A stretch of DNA of 63,315 nt, counting the filler, from Octopus bimaculoides (taxonomy: Eukaryota): the NCBI RefSeq assembly GCF_001194135.2. It is 5 parts of 5 records of this genome, joined end to end, with 100 filler letters (N's around TTAATTAATTAA, not from the genome) between each part and the next. Parts side by side here need not be neighbours in the genome. Positions count along the whole stretch, not along the records: positions 61,280 to 63,315 come from NW_026295079.1; 4 more parts are not named here. The stretch is one strand, 5' to 3'. The position numbers were made by a program, and so were the translations under genes. The notes under the pieces were generated by a model, which made no database searches, had not been told where the DNA came from, and saw nothing but the letters and a program-made list of their open reading frames with translations. This document shows, piece by piece, positions 62,314 through 63,315 of this stretch. How positions within the stretch are numbered: position 1 is the first letter of the stretch; each line of letters opens with the position of its first letter.

Positions 62314-63284
62314 AATTTATATAACGTAGATGACTCAGCTATTTATCTATTAGTTTTTCACATAATTCAAGCGATACAAGTTAATTATACCTTTATATGT
62401 ATAAAGGTATGGTTGGCTTGTTTCACTTGATATATGTTATCTGAACACTCCATCTTTTGAACCCAAATTAGGACACCCAGAATGTCTATAAACATGAACT
62501 TAAACATTACTTTCAGTTTAACTTAACATAAACATTACTTCCAACTATGTTCAATATGTTGTGCTCCAATAACCTATTTCCTTTGATTTCATTGCTCTTT
62601 CGTACCTCCATCTCCTTCACGTGCTGCTTTCACTTTCTTCAGCAAAGATAGGAGTTATTTATCCTGTTTAGGTTATATTAGTGGCATTATTCTGTGTCTA
62701 AGAATTTTAATTGTCTTCTGTAACTTTCTTAGACATATCTAAGATTCTGAAAGCAATCTTAGTTCATTTGTTTACGTTTATCGTAAGATGAATTCAAAAC
62801 ATATAAATATTTTCTACTCCTTGCTTTATGACGTATAAAATACTGCACCACATAAAATTTTATTTAATTTAATCTATTGGAAAACCCTTGCAACAACAAA
62901 TATAGAGCGTGATTATCGAAGTAAACTTTGGTAATAATATTAACTTAGTTTATACAAGTAAATTTTACTTCTTTAACCCCCTTTTTCTTTTGCCCCCTCT
63001 AATTTCCATCTCACTGAACAATGCAATCTCTCTCTTTAGATTAATAGATCATTCATCACCTTTATAAATTGTCAATCACTTAATATCTTCCTAGTTAATA
63101 TAAGCATCATTTTCCTATACATATAGCACTGCCTTAATATTCATCACCACACGACTACCTTGTGTATATGCGTACAAATGTATGTATATGCATGTATGTG
63201 TCTATGTGTATGTGTGTAGATATGTGTGCATATGTGTGTATGTATATACATGTGTACATATGTATGTATATATATGAACTTGTG

Positions 63285-63315
<31 letters not shown>

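Overview
AT-rich, microsatellite-dense eukaryotic DNA with many N gaps. The repeat families resemble those I associate with octopus (cephalopod) genomes; this is an inference, not a database match. Four 100-bp spacers (44N-TTAATTAATTAA-44N) divide the window into five joined segments whose true adjacency is uncertain. CpG content appears by eye to switch at these junctions. Most recognisable sequence is mobile DNA: dozens of tRNA-derived SINE copies from about 5 families (some nested), piggyBac-type MITEs and Helentron/HINE-like elements. Decayed retroelement coding fragments include RTE C-termini, an L1/Tx1 ORF1 zinc knuckle, an internally deleted Ty3/Gypsy element, and a Penelope-like RT-thumb/GIY-YIG ORF with Asn-rich inserts. 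No host gene could be named. Only candidate exons are visible, the best near an RFX X-box at 50.2 kb and in the 52-58 kb segment. The most interesting signals are a minimal hammerhead-ribozyme-like fold at 30.1 kb, a possible X-box bidirectional promoter, a 199-aa Asp-rich ORF with a hydrophobic leader inside a GAT array, and segment-specific CpG decay recorded in SINE copies.
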